Origin: an uncultured Blautia sp.
Lineage (GTDB): Bacteria > Bacillota > Clostridia > Lachnospirales > Lachnospiraceae
Assembly: GCA_937893675.1 (NCBI GenBank)
Contig: CALBGI010000055.1
Location: 11,164-75,163 of the forward strand
DNA length: 64,000 nt
Direction of reading: 5' to 3'
In this document: one piece after another, positions 50,516-60,333 of the stretch
Layout: each line of letters starts with the position of its first letter
Numbering within the stretch: position 1 is the stretch's first letter
Position numbers and translations under genes: made by a program
The notes under the pieces: generated by a model
Seen by the model: only the letters and a program-made list of their open reading frames with translations
Told to the model about the DNA's origin: nothing
The model's database searches: none

Positions 50516-52477
50516 TTGGAAAACTATACGAAGTATAAGTTAAAAAGCAGCGATGAGCTGGCAGCCCTGCTGGAAGGCAAGGACAACCTGTTTATTGTTG
50601 CCTGCAACAAATGTTTCAAGGAATTTGAAACTGTTGACGAACCGGATTGCGCCGAGTTTGAAAAATTTGCTGCCGAACAGGGCAAACATATCACCGGAAG
50701 TGTGAGACTTGATTTCCTCTGCAATAAGAATCATACGCAGAAAGATCTGCTGGATATGATCCCGGAGGGCACGGAAAATATAATTGTGATCTCCTGCGGC
50801 CTTGGAATCCAGACAGTTGCAGATCTGGTGAAGAAACCGGTATACGCAGCCAGCAATTCTCTGAACTATACCGGACATCACGGCATGGCTCTGACCAGGA
50901 AGAGCTGTGATGCCTGCGCGCAGTGCTACCTCAATATCACCGGCGGCATCTGTCCGATCGTGGACTGCTCCAAGAGCCTGGTCAACGGCCAGTGCGGCGG
51001 CGCGAAGAACGGCAAATGCGAGGTGGACGCAAACAAGGACTGCGCCTGGGAAAAAATCTACCGTCGTCTGGAAAAACAGGGACGTCTGGAGGAATTCCTG
51101 AACCAGCCGGTACAGCTCAGGGATTATTCCAAGGTGAACTTTAAGGCCATTAACGATTATGTAAAAGAAATCCGCGAGAACAGACTGGATGGATATTACG
51201 GCGGCGTACATCCCTCAGAGCGCAAGGAATTCAGCGAGCACCTTGCACTGAAGCGCTTCCCGGATCCGAAGACCGTAGTGATTCCGCTGTCCCAGCACGC
51301 AGGCGCGCCTGCGAATCCCATCGTACAGGTGGGCGATAATGTTTTGGTGGGTCAGAAGATCGGCGAGGCAGCAGCATTTATCAGCAGCCCGGTACATTCC
51401 AGTGTCAGCGGAAAAGTTGTTGCCATTGAGGATCGTCCTCATCCCACAAGAGGCCAGTGCCTGTCTGTGGTGATCGAGTCTGACGGCAAAAATACCCTGC
51501 ACGAATCGGTGAAGCCCAACAAGTCTCTGGACAGCCTGACACCGGACGAGATCGTGGAGATCGTTCGCGAAGCCGGTATTGTAGGTATGGGAGGCGCCGG
51601 ATTCCCAACTGCAGTAAAACTGAAACCGCCCAAACCCATTGATACCATTCTGCTCAACGGCTGCGAGTGTGAGCCGCTGCTGACCGCAGACCACCGGGTG
51701 CTTCTGGAGTATGCGGACGATGTGATCTTCGGGCTTCAGGCGATCATGAAGACCGTGGATGCGCCCAAGGGACTGATTGTCATTGAGGACAACAAGCAGG
51801 ACGCGATCGCGCTTCTGAAAGAGAAATGCGAAGGGCTTGACGGCATTGAAGTTGTAGAGGTTAAGACAAAATATCCCCAGGGCGCGGAGAAGATGCTCAT
51901 CAAACGCGTCATGGGCAAGCAGGTTCCCAGAGGAGGACTGCCGGCAGATGTGGGAGCGGTCGTTGCCAATATCAGCACCACCAAGGCCATCGCCGATGTG
52001 CTCAAGACCGGTATGCCTCTGATCGAGCGTGTAGTTACCGTGACCGGCGAGCGGATCCAGAATCCGGGCAACTTTATTGTGAAGATCGGAACCAGCGTTC
52101 AGGAGCTTCTGGATTACTGCGGCGGCATTGCAGGTGAAGACGTGATGGTCAAAGCCGGCGGCCCCATGATGGGATTTGAACTGAAAGATATGGCAGCGCC
52201 CATTATCAAGGGCTCCAACGGAATCATTGCCGTTGACACAGATGAGACCAAGGAGCAGCCCTGTATCAAATGCGGACGCTGTGTGGATGTCTGTCCGATG
52301 GAGCTTTCTCCGCTGTATTTCTCCAAATATGCGGATGAGGAAAACTGGCAGGGCATGAAAGACAAGAATGTCATGGACTGTGTGGAATGCAGATGCTGCG
52401 AGTACATCTGTTCCTCCAAGATTCCTCTGGTGACGAAGATAAAAGCCGGAAAAAATGCGGTAAGGGGGATGAAGTAA
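50516..52477 (+). CDS. rnfC2: RnfC2: MetV-like N-terminal domain fused to RnfC/RsxC (NADH-oxidising MTHFR subunit)
   Basis: N-half C..C.QC.L..TGGICP...CSKSLVNGQCGG; C-half GGVHP, GMGGAGFPT, NGCECEP, YPQGAE, two 4Fe-4S motifs; TTG start with RBS. Confidence 0.85.
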   Translation: MENYTKYKLKSSDELAALLEGKDNLFIVACNKCFKEFETVDEPDCAEFEKFAAEQGKHITGSVRLDFLCNKNHTQKDLLDMIPEGTENIIVISCGLGIQTVADLVKKPVYAASNSLNYTGHHGMALTRKSCDACAQCYLNITGGICPIVDCSKSLVNGQCGGAKNGKCEVDANKDCAWEKIYRRLEKQGRLEEFLNQPVQLRDYSKVNFKAINDYVKEIRENRLDGYYGGVHPSERKEFSEHLALKRFPDPKTVVIPLSQHAGAPANPIVQVGDNVLVGQKIGEAAAFISSPVHSSVSGKVVAIEDRPHPTRGQCLSVVIESDGKNTLHESVKPNKSLDSLTPDEIVEIVREAGIVGMGGAGFPTAVKLKPPKPIDTILLNGCECEPLLTADHRVLLEYADDVIFGLQAIMKTVDAPKGLIVIEDNKQDAIALLKEKCEGLDGIEVVEVKTKYPQGAEKMLIKRVMGKQVPRGGLPADVGAVVANISTTKAIADVLKTGMPLIERVVTVTGERIQNPGNFIVKIGTSVQELLDYCGGIAGEDVMVKAGGPMMGFELKDMAAPIIKGSNGIIAVDTDETKEQPCIKCGRCVDVCPMELSPLYFSKYADEENWQGMKDKNVMDCVECRCCEYICSSKIPLVTKIKAGKNAVRGMK

Positions 52478-52478
52478 T

Positions 52479-53102
52479 ATGTTGATAACCCAGTTAAAAT
52501 CAAAAGAAACTATCGCATCGCTGATGGAAGGCAAGGTTTTTATCCTGAACTGCCTTGGATGCAAGGAGGTCCATTTCCCGGAAAAAGAAGCAAAAGAGCT
52601 TCAGGCGCAGTGGACTGCGGAAGGGAAAGTGACAGGAATCCTTACCACAGACTACATCTGTAACCCGGACAATCTGAAGCTGCGTCTTGAGAAGCATGCA
52701 GACGAGATCAAAGCGGCTGACATGATCCTGGTATTTTCCTGCGGCGTTGGCGTGCAGACGGTTGCAGAGTATTTTGAAGACAAAAAGGTCTGCGCGGCCT
52801 GCGATACATATCCGATGCCAGGTTTTCAGGGAGTTACGCCGCTGGAGTATGACTGCGACCAGTGCGGCGAGTGTTATCTGAACCTGACCGGCGGGATCTG
52901 CCCAATCACAGCCTGCTCCAAGAGTCTGGTAAACGGACAGTGCGGCGGTTCCAAAAACGGAAAATGCGAAGTGGACAGCGAAATGGAGTGCGGCTGGGAA
53001 CGTATTTACAGACGCCTTGCGCAGCTTGGACGTCTGGATGTCCTGAAATGTCCCACGCAGATACGCAATTTTGCAACTGATGAGGAAGTGTCCGAAAAAT
53101 AA
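52479..53102 (+). CDS. metV: Methylene-THF reductase small subunit MetV
   Basis: SCGVGVQ, CDQCGEC.L..TGGICP, CSKSLVNGQCGG, C.W..IY.RL; precedes metF. Confidence 0.88.
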   Translation: MLITQLKSKETIASLMEGKVFILNCLGCKEVHFPEKEAKELQAQWTAEGKVTGILTTDYICNPDNLKLRLEKHADEIKAADMILVFSCGVGVQTVAEYFEDKKVCAACDTYPMPGFQGVTPLEYDCDQCGECYLNLTGGICPITACSKSLVNGQCGGSKNGKCEVDSEMECGWERIYRRLAQLGRLDVLKCPTQIRNFATDEEVSEK

Positions 53103-53194
53103 TCGCAGTATGCGAAGAGACCGGAGAAAGCCAAACGGGCATACTCCGGTGCATCGGACCTCATGAAATCTATAAGGAGTAGGAGTAGAATAGA

Positions 53195-54073
53195 ATGAAA
53201 ATTACAGAAGCATTTGAACGCGGTGAATTTGTAGTTACAGCGGAAGTAGGACCGCCGAAAGGATTTCATATCGAGCACATGCTGGAGGAGGCAAAAACCT
53301 ATCTCAGCGGCATCACGGCAGTGAATGTAACGGATAACCAGTCTTCTGTCATGCGTCTTGGATCACTGGCAACCTGTAAGGCTCTGAAGGACGAGGGACT
53401 CACCCCCATCTTCCAGATGACCTGCCGTGACAGGAACCGTATTGCGCTGGAATCGGATCTTCTGAGTGCGGCTATGTTCGGAATCGAGAATCTTCTGATC
53501 CTCACCGGAGACCACACAAAGCTCGGAGACCATCCGCAGGCAAAACCGGTCTTTGACCTGGACTCTGTTTCTTTGCTTCATTGTGTGAAGCAGCTGGAGG
53601 CAGGCGTTGACCTGGGTGGAAACGAGCTGGTAGGAGAGCCGCCCAAATTTGCAAAGGGCGCAGTGGTTTCTCCCTGCAGCGATTCTGTTGACGTACAGCT
53701 TGCGAAAATGGAGCGCAAGGTGGCTGCCGGCGCGGAATATTTCCAGACACAGGCTGTGTATGAGCCGGAAAAATTTATTGAATTTATGGAAAAAGCAAAA
53801 CAGTTCGGCAAACCGGTTCAGCTTGGCATTGTAATTCCGAAATCCGTGGGAATGTGCAGATACATGAACGCCAATGTCGCAGGTATCCACATTCCGGAGG
53901 AAATGATTGAGGAGCTCAAGGCTGACAAGGAAAAGACAAAAGCCGGAATTACCGGAGTAGAGATTGCTGCCCGCATTATCCGGGAGTGCAAGCCCTACTG
54001 TCAGGGCGTCCATATTATGGCAATGGGCTGGGAGTCCAAGGTGCCCGGTCTTCTTGAGCTGGCAGGACTGTAA
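53195..54073 (+). CDS. metF: Methylenetetrahydrofolate reductase MetF
   Basis: TAEVGPPKG, NVTDN, QMTCRDRNR, LTGDH, AGA.YFQTQ, GVHIM. Confidence 0.93.
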   Translation: MKITEAFERGEFVVTAEVGPPKGFHIEHMLEEAKTYLSGITAVNVTDNQSSVMRLGSLATCKALKDEGLTPIFQMTCRDRNRIALESDLLSAAMFGIENLLILTGDHTKLGDHPQAKPVFDLDSVSLLHCVKQLEAGVDLGGNELVGEPPKFAKGAVVSPCSDSVDVQLAKMERKVAAGAEYFQTQAVYEPEKFIEFMEKAKQFGKPVQLGIVIPKSVGMCRYMNANVAGIHIPEEMIEELKADKEKTKAGITGVEIAARIIRECKPYCQGVHIMAMGWESKVPGLLELAGL

Positions 54074-54104
54074 GTATTTCAAAATGATTTTTTGAGAAAG
54101 AAAT

Positions 54105-54173
54105 TGGGGCTGCTGCAAAATACCTCCCGACGGAAAATGCGTCGGAGCAGAGTTTTGCGGCGGCCTTATTTTT
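54105..54173 (+). terminator. Long hairpin with U-tail after metF
   Basis: GGGGCTGCTGCAAAA..TCCCGACG/CGTCGGAG..TTTTGCGGCGGCCTTATTTTT. Confidence 0.6.
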
Positions 54174-54192
54174 GCAGGAGAGGATTGATGAC

Positions 54193-56121
54193 ATGAAAAC
54201 AGAGCTGCGTTTTGAAGAAAAGGAAATGCCGGTGGCATCCCTGGGCGGGGAAGCCTGCGTGCCGGATTTGTCCGGAGAGATGATTCTGCAGAACAGGCTG
54301 CGTTTTCAGCTTGGTGAGGAGGATGAGATTTACGAGGGATATGGGCGGGTAAAAAATGCCTATCCCTATTCCCAGCGAAATTCTTATACCAGGGAGCTCA
54401 GGGCTGGAAAAGTAAAGACGGCTGTTCTGGAAAACCGGTATTTAAAAGCGGTATTTCTCACAGAGTACGGCGGACGTCTCTGGGAGCTCTGGGATAAGGA
54501 GCATGGAGAAAACCTGCTGTACACCAACGATGTGCTGCGATTCAGCAATCTGGCGGTGCGGAACGCCTGGTTCAGCGGCGGAGTAGAGTGGAATCTGGGA
54601 ATAATCGGCCATACGCCCTTTACCACAGAAAAGATGTATGTTGCACGTACCAGTGATGAGAAAGGAAATCCGGTGCTGCGTATGTATGAGTATGAGAGGA
54701 TCCGGAATGTGACGTACCAGATGGATTTCTGGCTGGAGGAAGAAAGCCGTTTCCTCAACTGCCGCATGCGCATCGTGAACGAAAATACAGAGGTTGTGCC
54801 CATGTACTGGTGGAGCAATATGGCTGTGCCGGAATACGAGGGCGGCCGTCTGCTGGTTCCGGCAGATGAGGCCTACACCTGTGTGAGCCGTCAGGTATCC
54901 AAGGTGGAGATTCCTGTGGTGAACGGTGTGGATGTGACGTCCTATGAGGAAATCCCGCTGTCCGTGGACTATTTCTTTGCGCTTCAGAAGGGGGCGCCCC
55001 GCTATATTGCCAATGTCAACAAAGATGGCTACGGACTTGTGCAGATGTCCACCGACAGGCTGCAGGGGCGCAAGCTTTTTTCCTGGGGGCACAGCGAGTC
55101 CTCGGCACACTGGCAGGAATTTCTGACAGAGAAGGCAGGGCCGTATGCAGAAATTCAGGCCGGTCTTGGAAAAACACAGTATGGCTGTATTCCCATGGCG
55201 CCAAACACCGCCTGGGAGTGGCTGGAGCAGTACGGCGCGGTGGACATCGGCGCAGACCGGGAGCTTTCCTTTGGGGAGAGAAGCCGGAGGCTGACAGAAG
55301 GGCTTCAACAGGAGCAGATGTCTGCACAGCTGGAGGAAAAGCTTCGGCAGTCGAAGCCCATGGCGCTGTCTGAGGCGAAGCTTGTGCAGGCAGGAAGCGG
55401 CTACGGTGTTTTGGGCGTGCACGGCAAATGGACCTCGCATCTGGAGTTTCTGGATGAAGAGGGGACATATAAAGACTGGAAACATTTTCTGGAGGGCGGC
55501 CGCCTTCCGGTACCGGACCCACAGATGCGCCCCGGCGTTTTTCTCAATGACAAAGAGAGCCGGAAGCGTCTGGAGGAAGGGGTGAAGGCAGAGGAAAAAG
55601 AAAACTGGTATGCCCACTATCACCTTGGCCTCCGGTATTACCAGGAGGGGGCTTACGAAAAAGCCGGAGAGGAATTTAAGATTTCTCATACGCTTGCCGG
55701 GAATGCCTGGGCGCTTCACGGCCTGGCCTGTACAGAGCTTCAGACAGGAAGCCGGGAAAAGGCAGCGGAGTATATGTCTGCCGGAATCCAGCTTCAGAAG
55801 CAGGAGAGCTCCTATGTGAAAGAGGGCTTTAAGCTGTTGCTTTTCTGCGGGTTCTGTCAGGAAATCTGCAGATTTTATGAGCAGCTGGATGCAGAGCTTC
55901 AGGAAGAAAGCCGCATAAAATTCTATTATATCCGCGCGCTTTCCTGTGTGGGACGGGAAAAAGAGGCGTACGGGCTTCTGGAAGCAAAGGAGGGCTTTGT
56001 CCTTGACGATATCCGGGAGGGAGAGGATTCCCTGGCCGCTGTGTGGCAGGAGCTGCACGAGAAGCTGTACGGAGAAAAAGGACAGGTACCTCACAGGTAT
56101 TGTTTTGATGCGTTTGCCTGA
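54193..56121 (+). CDS. DUF5107-domain protein with C-terminal TPR-like repeats
   Basis: LEN.YL......GGR, N..LRF.NLA.RNAWFSGGVEWN, P.YWWSN, GRKLFSWG, EIQAG; helical repeat tail. Confidence 0.78.
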   Translation: MKTELRFEEKEMPVASLGGEACVPDLSGEMILQNRLRFQLGEEDEIYEGYGRVKNAYPYSQRNSYTRELRAGKVKTAVLENRYLKAVFLTEYGGRLWELWDKEHGENLLYTNDVLRFSNLAVRNAWFSGGVEWNLGIIGHTPFTTEKMYVARTSDEKGNPVLRMYEYERIRNVTYQMDFWLEEESRFLNCRMRIVNENTEVVPMYWWSNMAVPEYEGGRLLVPADEAYTCVSRQVSKVEIPVVNGVDVTSYEEIPLSVDYFFALQKGAPRYIANVNKDGYGLVQMSTDRLQGRKLFSWGHSESSAHWQEFLTEKAGPYAEIQAGLGKTQYGCIPMAPNTAWEWLEQYGAVDIGADRELSFGERSRRLTEGLQQEQMSAQLEEKLRQSKPMALSEAKLVQAGSGYGVLGVHGKWTSHLEFLDEEGTYKDWKHFLEGGRLPVPDPQMRPGVFLNDKESRKRLEEGVKAEEKENWYAHYHLGLRYYQEGAYEKAGEEFKISHTLAGNAWALHGLACTELQTGSREKAAEYMSAGIQLQKQESSYVKEGFKLLLFCGFCQEICRFYEQLDAELQEESRIKFYYIRALSCVGREKEAYGLLEAKEGFVLDDIREGEDSLAAVWQELHEKLYGEKGQVPHRYCFDAFA

Positions 56122-56155
56122 AATGGCGAAAAAAGGGAGAGGGAGAAATTTATCC

Positions 56156-57493
56156 ATGACAGACAAAAAGATAAAAAACCGCGATTCATTTCGCTCCAAA
56201 TGGGGCTTTATCATGGCCTGCATCGGCTCGGCGGTGGGCATGGGGAACATCTGGATGTTTCCAACCCGTGTGTCCGCCTACGGCGGCGGAACCTTTCTGC
56301 TGCCCTACTTTATTTTTGTGATCCTCATTGGTTTTTCCGGTGTGATAGAAGAGATGAGCTTTGGCCGGGGAACGAGATCAGGGCCTGTGGGGGCTTTTGG
56401 GCAGGCGCTGGCAACCAAAGGTCACGAAAAGCTGGGACGTGCCGTCGGAACGCTCCCGATGCTGGGGGCGCTGGCCCTTGCCATCGGGTATTCCGTGGTT
56501 GTTGGCTGGATCCTGAAATACACCGTCGGCGCTTTGACGGGAGCCGTTCTGAAACCGGAGAGCATTGACGGATTCAGCGAAGCCTTCGGCGGAATGGCCT
56601 CCGCTTTTGGCAATAACGGCTGGCAGCTGGTGGGGCTTGTGGTTACCTTTGTGATTATGGCGCTGGGGATCGCCGGCGGGATCGAGAAGGCGAACAAGGT
56701 GATGATGCCGCTGTTTTTCCTGATGTTTGCAGGGCTGGCTGTGTATATGCTGTTCCAGCCGGGAGCGGCGGAAGGCTACAGCTACATTTTCCGCATTGAT
56801 ATGGAAGGGCTCAAAAATCCCACGGTCTGGGTATATGCTCTGGGGCAGGCGTTTTTCTCCCTGTCACTGGCAGGAAACGGAACGCTGATCTACGGCTCCT
56901 ATCTTTCCGAAAAAGAGGACGTGGTAAATTCTGCCTGGAATGTAGCTTTGTTTGACACCTGCGCAGCCATGCTGGCAGCCCTTGTCATCATCCCGGCGAT
57001 GGCGACCACGGGTTCCCAGCTTGACCAGGGAGGCCCGGGACTTCTGTTTATTTTCCTTCCCAATCTGCTGAAAGGAATGCCGGGGAGCAGGATCTTGGTG
57101 ATTGTGTTCTTTGCCGCAGTGCTGCTGGCAGGGCTGACGTCTCTGATCAACCTGTTTGAGGCGCCTATCGCCACGCTGCAGGAGCAGTTTCATCTGAGCC
57201 GTGCCAAAGCGGTGAGTGTCATCGCGGTCATCGGCGCGGCAGTGAGCCTCTGCATTCAGGGGATCGTGTCCGGCTGGATGGATTTTGTGTCTATTTATGT
57301 ATGTCCTCTGGGAGCAGGTCTGGCCGGAATCATGTTTTTCTGGGTCATGGGCAAAAAGTATGTGGAGGCGCAGGTGTCCAAGGGGCGCAGAAAGCCCATT
57401 GGCTCCTGGTATTATCCTCTGGGAAAATATCTGTTCTGCGGGCTGACTGTGGCGGTATTTGTGCTGGGTATTTTGTTCGGGGGCATTGGCTGA
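56156..57493 (+). CDS. Sodium-dependent transporter (NSS/SNF family)
   Basis: GSAVGMGNIW.FP, GGGTFL.PY, GIEKANK..MP, QAFFSLS, GPGL.F. Confidence 0.93.
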   Translation: MTDKKIKNRDSFRSKWGFIMACIGSAVGMGNIWMFPTRVSAYGGGTFLLPYFIFVILIGFSGVIEEMSFGRGTRSGPVGAFGQALATKGHEKLGRAVGTLPMLGALALAIGYSVVVGWILKYTVGALTGAVLKPESIDGFSEAFGGMASAFGNNGWQLVGLVVTFVIMALGIAGGIEKANKVMMPLFFLMFAGLAVYMLFQPGAAEGYSYIFRIDMEGLKNPTVWVYALGQAFFSLSLAGNGTLIYGSYLSEKEDVVNSAWNVALFDTCAAMLAALVIIPAMATTGSQLDQGGPGLLFIFLPNLLKGMPGSRILVIVFFAAVLLAGLTSLINLFEAPIATLQEQFHLSRAKAVSVIAVIGAAVSLCIQGIVSGWMDFVSIYVCPLGAGLAGIMFFWVMGKKYVEAQVSKGRRKPIGSWYYPLGKYLFCGLTVAVFVLGILFGGIG

Positions 57494-57629
57494 CAGAAAA
57501 ATCCATATTTTTCTTGCTTGATGTATTACCGCTGTGATACAATAAAGAATATTCGACCGCAGTGGGAAAGCACGAAGTGCGGAACAGTCCGCGTGATCGA
57601 AATGGAATCAACAGAGAGAGGGAGAGAAT

Positions 57630-59009
57630 ATGGAGCTGATCAAACAGATAAACGACGCTGTGAACGGTTTTGTCTGGGGCGTACCGGCCATGGTCTGCAT
57701 CATTGGTGTGGGCCTGTGGCTGAGCTGCCGCACAGGATTCATCCAGATACGGAAATTCGGTTACGCCCTGAAGACGACCATTGGCAGGATGTTTCACAAG
57801 AAAGAGGCAGAGGACGGCGCTGTCACACCATTTCAGGCGGTCTGCACCGCACTGGCGGCAACTGTCGGGACCGGAAATATTGCAGGAGTTGCCGGAGCGA
57901 TCGCGCTGGGAGGCCCAGGAGCAGTCTTTTGGATGTGGGTGAGCGCTCTTCTGGGGATGTGCACGAAATTTGCGGAGGTGACGCTGGCCGTTCATTTCCG
58001 CGAAAAAAACAAGGACGGCGACTGGGTGGGCGGCCCAATGTACTATATCAAAAACGGTCTTCCGAAAAAATGGCATTTTCTGGCTGTTTTCTATGCGGCG
58101 CTGGGCGTGCTTACCGTATTTGGAACCGGAAACGCCACACAGGTAAACGCCATCACCACATCCATTGATACGGCGCTTTTGAATTTTGGCCTGATTTCTC
58201 CGGATTCGGTGAAAACCGTGAATCTGGTGATCGGTATTTTGTGCGCGGTTCTGGTGGGACTGGTGCTCATCGGCGGTCTGAAACGGATCGGAAATGTGAC
58301 GGAGAAGCTGGTTCCCTTTATGGCTGTGCTGTACGTTGTCCTGGGGCTTGGGGTGGTGATTCTCAATGCGGACAAAGTCCCGGGGGTTCTGGGAGATATT
58401 GTCCAGGGCGCCTTCACGCCATCGGCAGTAACCGGAGGCGTGGTGGGAAGTGTGTTCATGAGCATGAAAAGAGGCTTCTCCAGAGGTATTTTTTCCAATG
58501 AAGCAGGTTTGGGAACCGGTTCGATCGCCCATGCAGCTTCCGATATCAAGGACCCGGTGCATCAGGGATACTTCGGGATTTTTGAGGTGTTTGCAGATAC
58601 CATTGTCATCTGTACACTGACTGCGCTGGTTGTTCTTCTGGGCGGAGAGAGTATTGCCTATGGCGTGGACGCGGGTGCTGAGCTTACCATTGCGGGCTTT
58701 ACTGCAGTGTATGGCAACTGGGTTTCCATTGTCACGGCGGTAGCGATGTGCTGCTTCGCGTTTTCTACCATTATCGGCTGGGGACTTTACGGAACCAGAT
58801 GCATCGAGTTTCTGGCGGGTTCCAGGATCAACAAGCCGTTCATGGTGGTCTACGCCCTGGTTGCCATTGTAGGAGCGACCGTGGATCTGGGACTTTTGTG
58901 GAGTCTTGCGGACACCTTCAACGGTATGATGGTGATTCCCAACCTGATCGCGCTGTTCCTGCTGTCAGGCACGCTGGTGAAGCTGGTGAAAGGAAGAAAA
59001 AGCGCATAG
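57630..59009 (+). CDS. Alanine/glycine:cation symporter (AGCS family)
   Basis: ALAATVGTGNIAGVA, GGPGAVFWMW, GGPMYY, RGIFSNEAGLG, DT..ICT.TA. Confidence 0.93.
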   Translation: MELIKQINDAVNGFVWGVPAMVCIIGVGLWLSCRTGFIQIRKFGYALKTTIGRMFHKKEAEDGAVTPFQAVCTALAATVGTGNIAGVAGAIALGGPGAVFWMWVSALLGMCTKFAEVTLAVHFREKNKDGDWVGGPMYYIKNGLPKKWHFLAVFYAALGVLTVFGTGNATQVNAITTSIDTALLNFGLISPDSVKTVNLVIGILCAVLVGLVLIGGLKRIGNVTEKLVPFMAVLYVVLGLGVVILNADKVPGVLGDIVQGAFTPSAVTGGVVGSVFMSMKRGFSRGIFSNEAGLGTGSIAHAASDIKDPVHQGYFGIFEVFADTIVICTLTALVVLLGGESIAYGVDAGAELTIAGFTAVYGNWVSIVTAVAMCCFAFSTIIGWGLYGTRCIEFLAGSRINKPFMVVYALVAIVGATVDLGLLWSLADTFNGMMVIPNLIALFLLSGTLVKLVKGRKSA

Positions 59010-59047
59010 AAAGCTATCTTATTTAAAATCAGGAGGTAAATGATCCT

Positions 59048-60172
59048 ATGGAAAACGCAAAGGTATATTTTACATCATTTAAAGCCACGCAGCATGAAAA
59101 TCTGCTGCAGAAACTTCACCGCCTCATGAAGACGGCAGGATTCGAGAGTATAGATTTTACAGACAAATACGCGGCGATCAAGATTCATTTCGGCGAGTAC
59201 GGCAATCTTGCGTTCCTTCGGCCGAATTATGCGAAAGTGGTGGCAGACTACGTCAAGGAGCTTGGCGGAAAACCGTTTCTCACGGACTGCAATACCTTGT
59301 ACGTGGGCAGCCGCAAGAATGCGCTGGACCACCTGGAGACCGCCTATGTGAACGGGTTTTCACCGTTTCAGACAGGCTGCCATGTGATCATTGGAGATGG
59401 CCTGAAAGGAACGGACGAGGCTCTGGTACCCATTGACGGAGAGTATGTAAAAGAGGCAAAGATCGGTCAGGCGATCATGGATGCGGATGTATTTATTTCG
59501 CTGACGCATTTCAAGGGACATGAGATGACCGGTTTTGGCGGAGCCCTCAAAAATATCGGCATGGGCTGCGGTTCCAGAGCCGGCAAAATGGAGCAGCATC
59601 GGGAAGGAAAACCGGAAGTTGACCAGGAACTCTGCGTGGGCTGCGGTGCCTGCAAAAAAATCTGTGCCCATGATGCGCCGGTGATCAGGGACAGAAAGGC
59701 TTCCATCGATCATGACAAATGCGTGGGCTGCGGACGCTGCCTGGCTGCCTGTCCCAAGGATGCCATTGACGCGAAGGAGAATGATTCCATTGCCATGCTC
59801 AACTACAAAATGGCGGAGTATGCGGCAGCAGTCTGCAAGGACAGACCCTGCTTCCATATTTCTCTCATCTGCGATGTGTCGCCAAACTGTGACTGCCATG
59901 CGGAAAACGATATTCCCATTATCCCCAATGTGGGAATGCTGGCAAGCTTTGACCCGGTGGCGCTGGACAAGGCGTGTGCAGATCTGTGCAATCAGATGAC
60001 GCCGATTTCGGAGAGCATTCTGGGAGAGAAGATGGCGGAGCAGGAGGAGTGTGACTGTGAAGCGCACGACCATTTCCATATGACGCATCCGGATACCCAG
60101 TGGCAGCTTGGCGTTGCCCATGCGGCGAAGATGGGGCTGGGAACAGAGAAATATGAGCTGATTCGAATCTGA
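59048..60172 (+). CDS. DUF362-domain Fe-S protein with 2x[4Fe-4S] ferredoxin domain
   Basis: KIHFGE.GN, TDCNTLY.G.R, HFKGH, GGALKN.GMG, two CxxCxxC motifs, DPVALD.A. Confidence 0.88.
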   Translation: MENAKVYFTSFKATQHENLLQKLHRLMKTAGFESIDFTDKYAAIKIHFGEYGNLAFLRPNYAKVVADYVKELGGKPFLTDCNTLYVGSRKNALDHLETAYVNGFSPFQTGCHVIIGDGLKGTDEALVPIDGEYVKEAKIGQAIMDADVFISLTHFKGHEMTGFGGALKNIGMGCGSRAGKMEQHREGKPEVDQELCVGCGACKKICAHDAPVIRDRKASIDHDKCVGCGRCLAACPKDAIDAKENDSIAMLNYKMAEYAAAVCKDRPCFHISLICDVSPNCDCHAENDIPIIPNVGMLASFDPVALDKACADLCNQMTPISESILGEKMAEQEECDCEAHDHFHMTHPDTQWQLGVAHAAKMGLGTEKYELIRI

Positions 60173-60188
60173 AAGGATAAAAGCGTTG

Positions 60189-60222
60189 AATCGCCCTGTT
60201 TTGGACAGCAGGGCGATTTTTT
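60189..60222 (+). terminator. Intrinsic terminator
   Basis: AATCGCCCTG...CAGGGCGATTTTTT. Confidence 0.8.
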
Positions 60223-60333
60223 GTATCATCGGAAATTTTTCCATCACAGGAATCATCTGCTCTGTTGTGTTGACAGGGTGAGAGAAAAATGCTGATATTG
60301 TGTATATAAAAATGCAGATTTGGGGAGGGGAAT

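Noticed and set aside
50516..52477. Respiratory Rnf complex operon
   Set aside because: No rnfD/G/E/A/B; MetV fusion and metV-metF context indicate the MTHFR subunit
54442..56250. 602-aa minus-strand ORF
   Set aside because: Antisense shadow of the DUF5107 gene; no recognisable motifs
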